Source: Sphingomonas bacterium (GTDB taxonomy: Bacteria > Pseudomonadota > Alphaproteobacteria > Sphingomonadales > Sphingomonadaceae). From it: a DNA stretch of 64,000 bases. The stretch spans positions 1,908 through 65,907 of the forward strand of contig JASGGR010000002.1 in the NCBI GenBank assembly GCA_047602705.1, written 5' to 3'. The notes beneath the pieces were generated by a model. It made no database searches. It saw only the letters and a list, made by a program, of their open reading frames with translations, and was not told the origin of the DNA. A program made the translations under genes and the position numbers. Shown one piece after another: positions 20,533 to 29,528 of this stretch (position 1 is the first letter of the stretch; each line of letters begins with the position of its first letter).

Positions 20533-21969
20533 CTAAACCGGTGCGCGACGTCCCGCCCAGGGCGCGGCCTGCTCGAGTTGCGCGGCGAGGCGGAACAGCA
20601 GGGCTTCGTCCGCATAGCGCGCGGTGAACATCACCCCGATCGGCAGACCGCTCGCCGACATGCCGAGCGGCACGGACATGCTCGGCTGGCCGGTGCCGTT
20701 ATAGACGCCGGAGAAGGCCGCGAAGGTGCTCGCCACCCGGCCCCATGTCTCGAAATCGGTCGTCGGCGTCAGGCTGATCGCGCCGATCTCCAGCGGCAGG
20801 GTGCCGAGCGTCGGGGACAGGATCACGTCATAGTCCGCCATGAAGCCGGCGAGCTTCACCGCGATTTCCTGCACCGTGGCATTGGCGCGGGCGAAATCCA
20901 TGCCGGTGGTGTTCCGCCCGTATTCGACGAAGCCGAGCGTGATCGGCTCCAGCAGGTCCGTGTCCAGCGTCTGGCCGAGCGCCGCGGCGCGCTGCTCGCA
21001 ATCGGCGGCGACCGAGGCGGCGATCAGCACGTAGGAGGCCAGCCCATAGGCCGCGGCGTCGATCGGCGGCGCGGCTTCCTCCACGATATGGCCGAGGCTC
21101 TCGCATAGCCGCGCGGCAGCGCGCGTCGCCTCGACGCATTCGGGATCGACCGGCGTGCCTGCGGGCGCATTGGTGGTCAGCGCGATGCGCAGCCTCCCCG
21201 GATCGCGCCCGACCTGCGACAGGAAGGTGCCGTCCGGCGTCGGCGCGCCGTAGCGCGAGCCCGGCTCGATCCCGTGCGTCGCGTCGAGGATCGCGGCGGA
21301 ATCGCGCACGCTGCGCGTCACCGCGTGATGCGAGGAAAGCCCGCCCCAGCCTTCCGTGCGCGCCGGCCCCATCGGCACGCGGCCCCGGCTCGGTTTCAGC
21401 CCGAACAGGCCGCAGCAGGAGGCCGGGATGCGGATCGAGCCGCCGCCGTCGGTGGCGTGCGCCGCCGGGATCACCCCCGCCGCCACCGCCGCCGCCGCAC
21501 CACCCGACGAGCCGCCGGCGATATGCGCGAGGCTCCACGGGTTGCGCGTCACGCCGCACAGGGCGGATTCGGTCGTGCCGGTCAGGCCGAACTCCGGCGT
21601 GGTGGTCTTGCCGAAGATCACCATCCCGGCGCGCTCGACGCGGCGCACCAGCTCGGACGTCTGCGTCGCGCGATTGCCGCGATAGAGGCGGCTGCCGTTC
21701 TCGGTCAGCTCGCCCTCGATATAGGTGTTGAGGTCCTTGAGCAGCCAAGGCACGCCCGCCAGCGGCCCGTCCGGCAGCCCGCGCGCCACCGCCGCGCGGG
21801 CATAATCGTAATGGCGCTGCGCCATGAAGTTGAACTGCGGATCGCGCGCCTCGGCACGGTCGATCGCGGCCTCCAGCAGCTCGGCCGGGGATACCGCCCC
21901 GGCCTTCACCAATGACGCGAGGCCGAGCGCGTCCTGCTCGTCCAGCAGGTGTTCCACCGCGTGCGCCAT
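20533..21969 (-). CDS. amidase signature family enzyme (bile-salt amidase candidate)
   Basis: LLKDL, GKTTTPEFG, GGSSGG, TDGGGSIRIPASCCG. Confidence 0.9.
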   Translation of the reverse strand: MAHAVEHLLDEQDALGLASLVKAGAVSPAELLEAAIDRAEARDPQFNFMAQRHYDYARAAVARGLPDGPLAGVPWLLKDLNTYIEGELTENGSRLYRGNRATQTSELVRRVERAGMVIFGKTTTPEFGLTGTTESALCGVTRNPWSLAHIAGGSSGGAAAAVAAGVIPAAHATDGGGSIRIPASCCGLFGLKPSRGRVPMGPARTEGWGGLSSHHAVTRSVRDSAAILDATHGIEPGSRYGAPTPDGTFLSQVGRDPGRLRIALTTNAPAGTPVDPECVEATRAAARLCESLGHIVEEAAPPIDAAAYGLASYVLIAASVAADCEQRAAALGQTLDTDLLEPITLGFVEYGRNTTGMDFARANATVQEIAVKLAGFMADYDVILSPTLGTLPLEIGAISLTPTTDFETWGRVASTFAAFSGVYNGTGQPSMSVPLGMSASGLPIGVMFTARYADEALLFRLAAQLEQAAPWAGRRAPV

Positions 21970-23108
21970 CAGCTCGCCGCGCGCAGCGGCTGGACCTTGC
22001 CTTCATCCGGGCCACCGTCGGGCTTGGCATAGAAGCGGCTGTAATGACGCCGGAATTGCGGGATCGGGCCATCGCCGTCGCAGATGATCGGGTGCGGCTC
22101 GAACCGCTGCCGGTCCCACACCACCTTGTCCTGATCGAACTGCTTGCAGATATCCTTTATCATCGCGCGGGCGAGACCGGCCATCGGCCCCTCGGTCTGC
22201 GCCTTGGGCTGCGTGAAGCAGAAGCGCGCATGGATATGGTCCTGCTCCACCGGCGTCAGGCAGGCGACCAGCAGCGTCTCGGAAATGCCCGTGAAGCGCG
22301 TCCAGTTCTGGCCCGGCCCGACCGTGTCGAACGAGATGCAGCCGTCGACCTCGCCCTGCGGCGTTCCCATCTTGGCGCGGACATCGGCGCCGCGCCCCCA
22401 GTCGCTCCAGCGCAACTCCGCCTTGGGCATGTTGGCGGTGCCGTGGATGAACTGGAAATGCGCGAAATCGACGCCGTTTTCGGCCATGTTCTGCAAGCTG
22501 CCCCAGACGTTCCACTCATAGACCTCGAAATCGGTCCACTCGGGATCGCTCGCCTCCGGCAGCTCGACGACTTCCCACAACGGCGCGACGTCCTGCGGGT
22601 GATACCACATCCAGATCCAGCGATTGGCTTCCTTGACGTGCCACGTGCGCGTGCACTTGCGCTTCACCTGCGGCGGAATGGCGCGGGCATAGGGGATTTC
22701 CTTCACCACGCCTTCCTCGCCATCATAGCGCCAGGCGTGAAACGGGCATTCCAGCAGGTTGCCGCTCACCCGGCCGCCATGCCCGAGATGCGCGCCGAGA
22801 TGCTTGCAATAAGCGTCGAGCATCCGCACCTGGCCGTCCATCCCGCGCCAGATCGCCAGATCGGTCGAGAAATAGCGCAGCGGCTTGGCAACGCCAGCTT
22901 CCAGCTCGCTCGACAGCATCACCGGATACCAGCCGAACGGGAAGCCCATGTCGAGGTTGCGCTCCTTGACCGACGGGCGGTTCTTCACCTCCGCCAGACG
23001 CCAGTCGATCAGGTCCTGCCCCTTCAGTTTCTCCAGCACCTGCCACACGGCAACGGGCGGGACGCGGGCATCGACGGGCGATTTCTTCTCGGTATCGGAC
23101 ATCGTCAT
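21969..23108 (-). CDS. Rieske oxygenase (steroid hydroxylase/desaturase-like)
   Basis: FPFGWY, CKH-x17-CPFH, ENGVDFAHFQFIH, QDKVVW, GDGP; ATG 23108 overlaps the upstream stop. Confidence 0.88.
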   Translation of the reverse strand: MTMSDTEKKSPVDARVPPVAVWQVLEKLKGQDLIDWRLAEVKNRPSVKERNLDMGFPFGWYPVMLSSELEAGVAKPLRYFSTDLAIWRGMDGQVRMLDAYCKHLGAHLGHGGRVSGNLLECPFHAWRYDGEEGVVKEIPYARAIPPQVKRKCTRTWHVKEANRWIWMWYHPQDVAPLWEVVELPEASDPEWTDFEVYEWNVWGSLQNMAENGVDFAHFQFIHGTANMPKAELRWSDWGRGADVRAKMGTPQGEVDGCISFDTVGPGQNWTRFTGISETLLVACLTPVEQDHIHARFCFTQPKAQTEGPMAGLARAMIKDICKQFDQDKVVWDRQRFEPHPIICDGDGPIPQFRRHYSRFYAKPDGGPDEGKVQPLRAAS

Positions 23109-23977
23109 TCTCCCAAACCAAAGACCTTGATGGCGTTCTCGCGCAGGAATTTCGGCCACACCTCGTCCTTGAACGGCACGTTCGGCATGTCGGCGAAGAT
23201 GCGGTCGAGGCTCATCCCCATCGGGAAATATCCGGCGTAGATGATCTTGTCGGCGCCGCGCGTGTTGGCGTAGTCGATGATCGCCTTCGGATAATGTTTC
23301 GGCGCGAAGGCGCTGGTCGAATAATAGAGGTTCGGCCATTTCAGCATCAGCTTCACCGCCAATGCTTCCCACGGCTCCGCGCCGTGGCGCATCACCACCT
23401 TGAGATCGGGGAAGAACCAGCACACCTCGTCGAGATGCTCGACCTTCTGCGTCTCCATCGGCATGCGCGGGCCGGGGATGCCGGCGTTGAGCAGGATCGG
23501 CAGCCCCAGCTCCGCCGCGCAGGTGTAGAGCGGGAACATATATTTGTGGTTGATCGCCACCTGCGGCAGCGTGCCGGCGGGGAAGACGCTGATCGCGGAC
23601 AGGCCCACCTCCTGGTGGATGCGCCTGATCCGCCGCACCTCGTCCACACCGTTGTTGGGGTTGCACGGCAGGTCGAAGAAGAAGCGGTCGGGATAGCGCT
23701 CCCTGGCGCGGCGCGAGGTGGCGTTGTCGTTCCAGCCGACCAGCGCCTTCTCGATGTTGAAGCGGTCCATCTGGTCGACCGTCCATTTGACGAAATCGTC
23801 GACCTTGCCCGTCTCCGGGATGTCCTTGAACATATATTGCGCCGGCATCGCGAACTGGTCGCGCGACTGCGCATCCTTCAGCAGCGGGCGGAAGCTGTCG
23901 TACCAGTCGCCGCGATCCTCGCCATGGGGGATGCCGAGCATGCAGTCGACGATCCTGATTCCGGTGGGCATGGGCAT
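23105..23977 (-). CDS. amidohydrolase_2 family protein
   Basis: AAELGLPI, FPDLKVVMRHGAEPW, NLYYSTSA, ENAIKVFG. Confidence 0.82.
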   Translation of the reverse strand: MPMPTGIRIVDCMLGIPHGEDRGDWYDSFRPLLKDAQSRDQFAMPAQYMFKDIPETGKVDDFVKWTVDQMDRFNIEKALVGWNDNATSRRARERYPDRFFFDLPCNPNNGVDEVRRIRRIHQEVGLSAISVFPAGTLPQVAINHKYMFPLYTCAAELGLPILLNAGIPGPRMPMETQKVEHLDEVCWFFPDLKVVMRHGAEPWEALAVKLMLKWPNLYYSTSAFAPKHYPKAIIDYANTRGADKIIYAGYFPMGMSLDRIFADMPNVPFKDEVWPKFLRENAIKVFGLGE

Positions 23978-23978
23978 G

Positions 23979-25610
23979 TTATCGGTCTCCCGCGAGTTGC
24001 GGCCAGAGTGAACGGAGTTGCGCCTTGTCGACCTTGCCGAGGCCGTTGCGCGGCAGGGTGACGGTGGAGATGCCGACGCGGACGGGCGCCTTGTAGCGCG
24101 CGAGATGCTCGCCGACGTGATGCCGGACCATATCCTCGTCCAGCCCCTCGCCCACCACCACCGCGACGAGCCGCTCGCCGAGCCGCTCGTCGGGCAGACC
24201 GAAGGCGGCGCATTCGCTCACCTCGGGGATCAGGCTCAGCACCCGCTCCACCTCGGCGCAATAGATGTTCTCCCCGCCGGAGATCACCATGTCCTTCTTG
24301 CGATCGACGATGAACAGGTAGTTCTCGTTATCGACATAGCCGATATCGCCGGTGCGCAGCCAGCCGTCCGGCCCAAGCACGGCGGCGGTGTCCTCCGGCC
24401 GGTTCCAATAGCCCTGCATCACGCTGGGGCCGCGCACGATAATCTCGCCCGCCTCACCCGGCGGCAGCGCCGCGCCGTCCGGCCCCTCGATGCGCACTTC
24501 GTAGAGGTCGAGCACGCGGCCGGTGGCGGCGCGGTTGCGGATGAAATCCTCGCCCACCGCCATGGCGATGGTGCCGGCCGTCTCGGTCATGCCGTAGCCG
24601 GTGCCCATCGCGGCGTTCGGGCAGCGCTCGCGGATCGCATCGAGCAGGTTGATCGGCAGCGCCTGCCCGCCCGACGCGATGTTGGTGAGCGAGGAGAGGT
24701 CCGCCGCGTCCATCCGCGCGCGGTGCAGCACGTCCCACAGCATCGTCGGCACGCCGCTGAACATCGAGATGCGCTCCGCCTCGATCAGCCGCAACGCCTG
24801 CTCCGCGTCCCAGCGGCGCATGATGACCACCTTGCCGCCGGTGAGCAGGGGCGTGAGGAAATTGGCGACCAGCCCGGAGATGTGGAACAAGGGATAGACC
24901 AGCAGCACCGCCGACTGCGGCCGCCCGACCATCAGCGCCTCGGGCGTGACGCCCATCTTCCGCGCGACATCGTGCAGCACCATCAGCCCGGAAAGCTGCA
25001 CGCTCAGCAGCGACGTCACCATGTTGCCATGGGTCAGCACCGCGCCTTTCACCCGGCCTGTCGTGCCGGAGGTGAACAGCACCGTCGCCGGATCGTCGCG
25101 CCCGCGCACCGGAGGCACGAAATCCGCGCCGCCGGTCAGCGGGAAATCCTTCGCCTCGAGGATCGCGCCGTCATAACCGGATTGGCGCAGCAGCTCCGCC
25201 CGCGCGCGATCGGCGAGCACGAGGCGGGGCGCGAAATCCTCCACCGCCGCGCGCAGCTCGGCCGGCGCGCCGCGGCTGTTGACCAGCACCGCAACGCCGC
25301 CCGCGCGCATCACCGCGAGGAAGGCGACCATCCACGCCGCGCGGTTGCGCATGCAGATCACGACATGCTCGCCCGGCTCGATCGGCAGCGCAGCCGCCAG
25401 CGCATCGCGCCGCGCGAACACCTCGTCGAAGCTGAGCCGCGCATCGCCCTCCACGATGAAGGTCGCGTTGCCATGGCGCCGCCCGCTCTCGATCAATGTG
25501 TCGAGGCTGGCGGGCGCGTTGACGAAGCGGCGCATCCCGTCCTGCTCAGCGATCGCGAAGGGCGTGCCGGGAGCGGTGAGTTTGGCGAGTGTCGGGTCGA
25601 TCGTCGTCAT
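23979..25610 (-). CDS. acyl-CoA ligase (steroid side-chain CoA ligase candidate)
   Basis: FTSGTTGRVKG, GYGMTET, WLRTGDIG, DRKKDMVISGGENI, GKVDK. Confidence 0.9.
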   Translation of the reverse strand: MTTIDPTLAKLTAPGTPFAIAEQDGMRRFVNAPASLDTLIESGRRHGNATFIVEGDARLSFDEVFARRDALAAALPIEPGEHVVICMRNRAAWMVAFLAVMRAGGVAVLVNSRGAPAELRAAVEDFAPRLVLADRARAELLRQSGYDGAILEAKDFPLTGGADFVPPVRGRDDPATVLFTSGTTGRVKGAVLTHGNMVTSLLSVQLSGLMVLHDVARKMGVTPEALMVGRPQSAVLLVYPLFHISGLVANFLTPLLTGGKVVIMRRWDAEQALRLIEAERISMFSGVPTMLWDVLHRARMDAADLSSLTNIASGGQALPINLLDAIRERCPNAAMGTGYGMTETAGTIAMAVGEDFIRNRAATGRVLDLYEVRIEGPDGAALPPGEAGEIIVRGPSVMQGYWNRPEDTAAVLGPDGWLRTGDIGYVDNENYLFIVDRKKDMVISGGENIYCAEVERVLSLIPEVSECAAFGLPDERLGERLVAVVVGEGLDEDMVRHHVGEHLARYKAPVRVGISTVTLPRNGLGKVDKAQLRSLWPQLAGDR

Positions 25611-26857
25611 GCGCTGCCTGCAAGCTCCCTGGCCCAGCGATAATCCTGTTTGCCGGCGGGCGAGCGCTTCACCGCGTCCACCCACACCAGCGCCTTGGGC
25701 AGCTTGTAGCCGGCGAGCTGCCGTTTCAGGTGCGTCGAAACCTCGTCCAGCGACGGCCGCGCGACGCCGTCGCGGCGGGAGACGATCCCCACCACCCGCT
25801 CGCCCCAGCGCGCGTCCTTCTGCCCGGCGACCACCGCGTCGAGGATCGCGGGATGGGTGCGCAGCGCGCTCTCCACTTCCTCGGGGAAGACCTTCTCGCC
25901 GCCGGTGTTGATGCAGGTCGATCCGCGCCCCAGCATCGTGATCCGGCCGTCGGCATCGAGCCGGCCGCTATCGCCGCTCACCGCCCACAGCCGCCCGCCG
26001 ATCGTGCGGAAGGTCTCGGCGGTCTTCACCGGATCGCCGTAATAGCCGACCGGCGTATGCCCGCTGCGCGCGATCAGTCCGGTCTCGCCGGCAACGGCGA
26101 AGCGGTCGCCCACCACCACCTGCTGATCCGCGTTGGCCGGAAGGCGCATCACGCCGTCCTCGCTCGCCTCCGCCATGCCGGAGATGCCGATCTCGCTCGA
26201 TCCCATGCCGTCGGTGATCGAGGCTTTGGGCGGCAGCTTCGCCTTGATGTCCGCCTTGACGTGCGCGGAGAAGACCGCACCGCCCGAGCCGAAATTCACC
26301 ACATGCTGCAGGTTCCAGCGGCCGGGGTGCGCATAGAGCGCGTCGCGCAGCGGCACCGCCATCGCGTCGCCGACGATCGCGACGATATTGACCTGCTCGC
26401 GCTCCACCTTGTCCCAGATCGCCTCGGCATCGAAATGGCGGACGGGATCGAGCACCACGGTCAGCCCGCCGAGCAGCGCCGACCAGCTTCCCCAGGTCGC
26501 GGCTCCGTGCATCAGCGGCGCGAACGCCGCGCCGTGAATCACCGCCGCCGCGTCGGCATTGTCAAGCAGGTAGCGCAATTCCTCGGCGCGATAGCGATAG
26601 TTGATGTTGAACGGCACCGCCCCGCATTTCATCGCGGCGAGGAAGCCTTCCAGATATTCCGGCCCGTTCATCAGATAGAGGCCGACCGTCGCCCCCCGCC
26701 CGATGCCGCGATCCGCCAGCGCCGCCGCGAGCCGATCGGCGCGGGCGTTCAGCCCGGCATAGCTGATCGCGCCGCCGTCATGCCGGATCGCGATTCGGTC
26801 GCCGACCGCGCCGGCGACGATCTCGAACAGATCGGCAAGGTGGAACTGCGCGGCCAT
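25607..26857 (-). pseudogene. FadD19-like acyl-CoA ligase with an in-frame internal deletion
   Basis: NINYRY, APLMHGAATW, SGD, GRGSTCINTGGEKVFPEEVE and SPAGK are present, but it is only 416 aa and has no (S/T)GGTTGxPKG P-loop. Confidence 0.7.
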
Positions 26858-26910
26858 GATCCTCTCTTGCTCCGTGGGTGCGACGGGTTATTCCGCCATC
26901 ATTCTTCATT

Positions 26911-26940
26911 CGCGTAACATATATACACATATTCTACGCA
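26911..26940. promoter_or_regulatory. CGTA-N18-TACG dyad, site 3 (upstream of the ligase-Rieske-amidase operon)
   Basis: CGCGTA-ACATATATACACATATTC-TACGCA. Confidence 0.72.
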
Positions 26941-26973
26941 TTCATGCAAGCGCTCCGCTGCGCGACGGCGATC

Positions 26974-27846
26974 TCAATAGACCGCCGCCGGATTGGGCGC
27001 GGGCGGGCTGCCGAGCATGTCGCGATAGGACGGGCGGTCCTTGCCGCGATCGGTGATCCCCAGCTCGCGCGCCACCTCCGCCGCGATCAGCGTGCGGCCG
27101 GAATATTCCGCGCCGCGCGGCCCGGCGGCGAGCGCGTAGAGGATGTGCGCGGTGAACTCAGGGTTCTCGGCGGTGGCGATGAAGCCTTCATATTGCTCCG
27201 GATTGGTCTTGCTGGCGATCGCCGAACGCTCGGTGATGAGCGGCCCCATCCAGATCGAGACGGTGCGCACGCCGGTGCCGCGCAGATCATGCTCCATGTC
27301 GTGCGCGAACTTGTCGATCCCCGCCTTCTGCGCGCCATAGGCCGGGCCGTGCATGTAGCAGGAAGCGCCGAAGGAGGAGCCGAAGCCGATCAACCCGCCG
27401 CCCTGCCTCACCATCATCCGCGCCGCGTGCCAGCTCGCCACATAGGCCGAGCGCAGCCCGACATCGAGGATACGCGCCGCGTCCAGTTCCTTCTCCCAGA
27501 ACGGCTTCTTCTCGATGAGCTGGTGGTGGATATAGGTGGCGTTGTTGACGAGGATGTCGAGCCGCCCGGCCTCCGCCGCGATCCGCGCGAACAGCGCGGC
27601 GACCTGCACGTCGTCGGCATGGTCGCACATCACGGGCACACCCTTGCCGCCTGCCTTCGTCACTTCCTCCGCCGTTTCCGCGACCGTGCCGGGCAGCACC
27701 GTGCCGTCCCAGCCGCGCGCGTCGCCCGGCGTCACGGTGCGGCCGGTGACGTAGACCGTCATCCCCTTCTCGCCCAGGCCGCGTGCGATCCCGCGCCCGG
27801 CGCCACGGCTGGCGCCGGTGACCAGCGCGATCTTCGGTTCCGTCAT
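26974..27846 (-). CDS. SDR oxidoreductase (DHRS1-like)
   Basis: TGASRGAGRG, VYVTGRT, YGAQK. Confidence 0.9.
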   Translation of the reverse strand: MTEPKIALVTGASRGAGRGIARGLGEKGMTVYVTGRTVTPGDARGWDGTVLPGTVAETAEEVTKAGGKGVPVMCDHADDVQVAALFARIAAEAGRLDILVNNATYIHHQLIEKKPFWEKELDAARILDVGLRSAYVASWHAARMMVRQGGGLIGFGSSFGASCYMHGPAYGAQKAGIDKFAHDMEHDLRGTGVRTVSIWMGPLITERSAIASKTNPEQYEGFIATAENPEFTAHILYALAAGPRGAEYSGRTLIAAEVARELGITDRGKDRPSYRDMLGSPPAPNPAAVY

Positions 27847-27866
27847 CTCATCCTCTCCCTATATCA

Positions 27867-28628
27867 TCAGCCGAAATACGCCTGCCCGCCGTCGAGCGGC
27901 ACCACCGCCCCGGTGAGATAGGCCATGTCCGGCGAGCACAAGGCCACCACCGCGCGGCCGATATCCTCCTCCAGCCGACCGACGCGGCCGAGCGGGATGG
28001 TGCGGAAGAAGGCTTCGGCCTCCTCCGGGTTGTTCCTGATCCACCATTTCAGGCCGGGCGATTCGGCATGCGGCGCGATCGAGAGCGCACGGATGCCCTG
28101 CCGCCCCCGTTCCGCCGCCGCCGCGCGGGTGAGCGCATGGATCGCTTTCTTGACTGCCGCATAAGCGCCATAACCCGTCATGTCCCACCGCACCGTGACG
28201 GAGGAAATGAGGTTGATGATGACGCCCCCGCCGCGCGCGACGAGATGCGGATACGCCAGCTTCATCAGCCGGTGCGCGGCGAGCGGACCGGATTCGAAAC
28301 CGGCGAGGAAGGCGTCGTCGGTGACGTCCATCAGCTTGCCGTTGGGCACTTCCTGCGCATTGTTGACGAGGATATCGATCCCGCCGAGCCGCGCCGCCGT
28401 CTCCTCCACGACCCGCGCGAGATCGGCCGGCCGCTTCACATCGCAGGCGAGCGCGATGGCGGTGCCGCCGCGCTCCGCGATCAGGGCACAGGTCTGTTCG
28501 AGCTTTTCGAGTGTGCGGCCCGTTACCGCCACCGCCGCACCCTCGGCGGCCAGCGCCAGCGCGATTCCCTGGCCGACGCCCTGCCCCGCCCCTGTGACCA
28601 GCGCGACCTTCCCGGCCATGACTCCCAC
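27867..28628 (-). CDS. SDR oxidoreductase (hydroxysteroid dehydrogenase candidate)
   Basis: TGAGQGVG, NNAQ, YAAVK. Confidence 0.9.
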   Translation of the reverse strand: MGVMAGKVALVTGAGQGVGQGIALALAAEGAAVAVTGRTLEKLEQTCALIAERGGTAIALACDVKRPADLARVVEETAARLGGIDILVNNAQEVPNGKLMDVTDDAFLAGFESGPLAAHRLMKLAYPHLVARGGGVIINLISSVTVRWDMTGYGAYAAVKKAIHALTRAAAAERGRQGIRALSIAPHAESPGLKWWIRNNPEEAEAFFRTIPLGRVGRLEEDIGRAVVALCSPDMAYLTGAVVPLDGGQAYFG

Positions 28629-28641
28629 GTATCTCTCCAGA

Positions 28642-28671
28642 TTCGTAATTTATAACGTTATCCATTACGCA
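28642..28671. promoter_or_regulatory. CGTA-N18-TACG dyad, site 4 (divergent SDR / SDR-kstD promoter)
   Basis: TTCGTA-ATTTATAACGTTATCCAT-TACGCA; TTGACA lies just downstream at 28677. Confidence 0.72.
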
Positions 28672-28734
28672 CACAGTTGACAACTTACCAGATATAACCA
28701 CAGAACGCGTTAAATTTATCGAGAGGATGCTTCA

Positions 28735-29505
28735 ATGAGCCAGGATTTCACCGGGCGCGTCGCCATCGTCACCGGCGGCAGCGACGGGATCGGGCGCGCG
28801 ACCGCCCGGCTGCTCGCCCAGCGCGGCGCCACCGTCGTCATCTGCGCGCGCCGCCCGGAGAAGCTGGAGGAAGCCCGCGCCGAGATCGCCAGGGTCGGCA
28901 AGGTCGAGGCGGTGCAGCTCGACGTATCCGACGACGCGGCCTTCACGCACGTGATCGAGGATGTCGCCGCGCGCCACGGGCGGCTCGACATGCTGGTGAA
29001 CAACGCCATGTCCGTCCATTACGCGCCGATCGGCAAGTTGACGCTCGATCACTGGCGCAAGGATTTCGCGGTCAATGCGGACGCGGTGTTCGTCGGCACA
29101 AAGGCGGCGATGAAGGTGATGATGGCGGCCGGGCGCGGCTCGATCGTCAACATCTCCTCCTCCTGCGGCATCCGCGCCGCGCCGTATATGGCGAGCTATT
29201 CCGCGTCCAAGGCGGCGCTGATTCAGTTCACCGCCGTCGCGGCGATGGAGGCAGCGCGCTCTGGCGTGCGCGTCAACGCGATCGTGCCGGGACAGGTGCA
29301 GACGCCGAGCACCGAGGATTTCGCCGCCAAGGCCCCCGACACCGCCGCCAGGACCGCCGACGCAATCCCGATGGGACGCGGCGGTGAGCCGGACGAGCTG
29401 GCGGAAGCGATCATCTTCATGCTCTCCGACGCGGCAAGCTATATCACCGGCACCGCGCTTCCGGTCGACGGGGGCAAGGCGGCGCAACTCTATCTTCCTT
29501 CCTGA
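28735..29505 (+). CDS. SDR oxidoreductase
   Basis: TGGSDGIG, NNAM, YSASK. Confidence 0.92.
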   Translation: MSQDFTGRVAIVTGGSDGIGRATARLLAQRGATVVICARRPEKLEEARAEIARVGKVEAVQLDVSDDAAFTHVIEDVAARHGRLDMLVNNAMSVHYAPIGKLTLDHWRKDFAVNADAVFVGTKAAMKVMMAAGRGSIVNISSSCGIRAAPYMASYSASKAALIQFTAVAAMEAARSGVRVNAIVPGQVQTPSTEDFAAKAPDTAARTADAIPMGRGGEPDELAEAIIFMLSDAASYITGTALPVDGGKAAQLYLPS

Positions 29506-29528
29506 CCGAATCGAAAGGCGCGCGAAAA

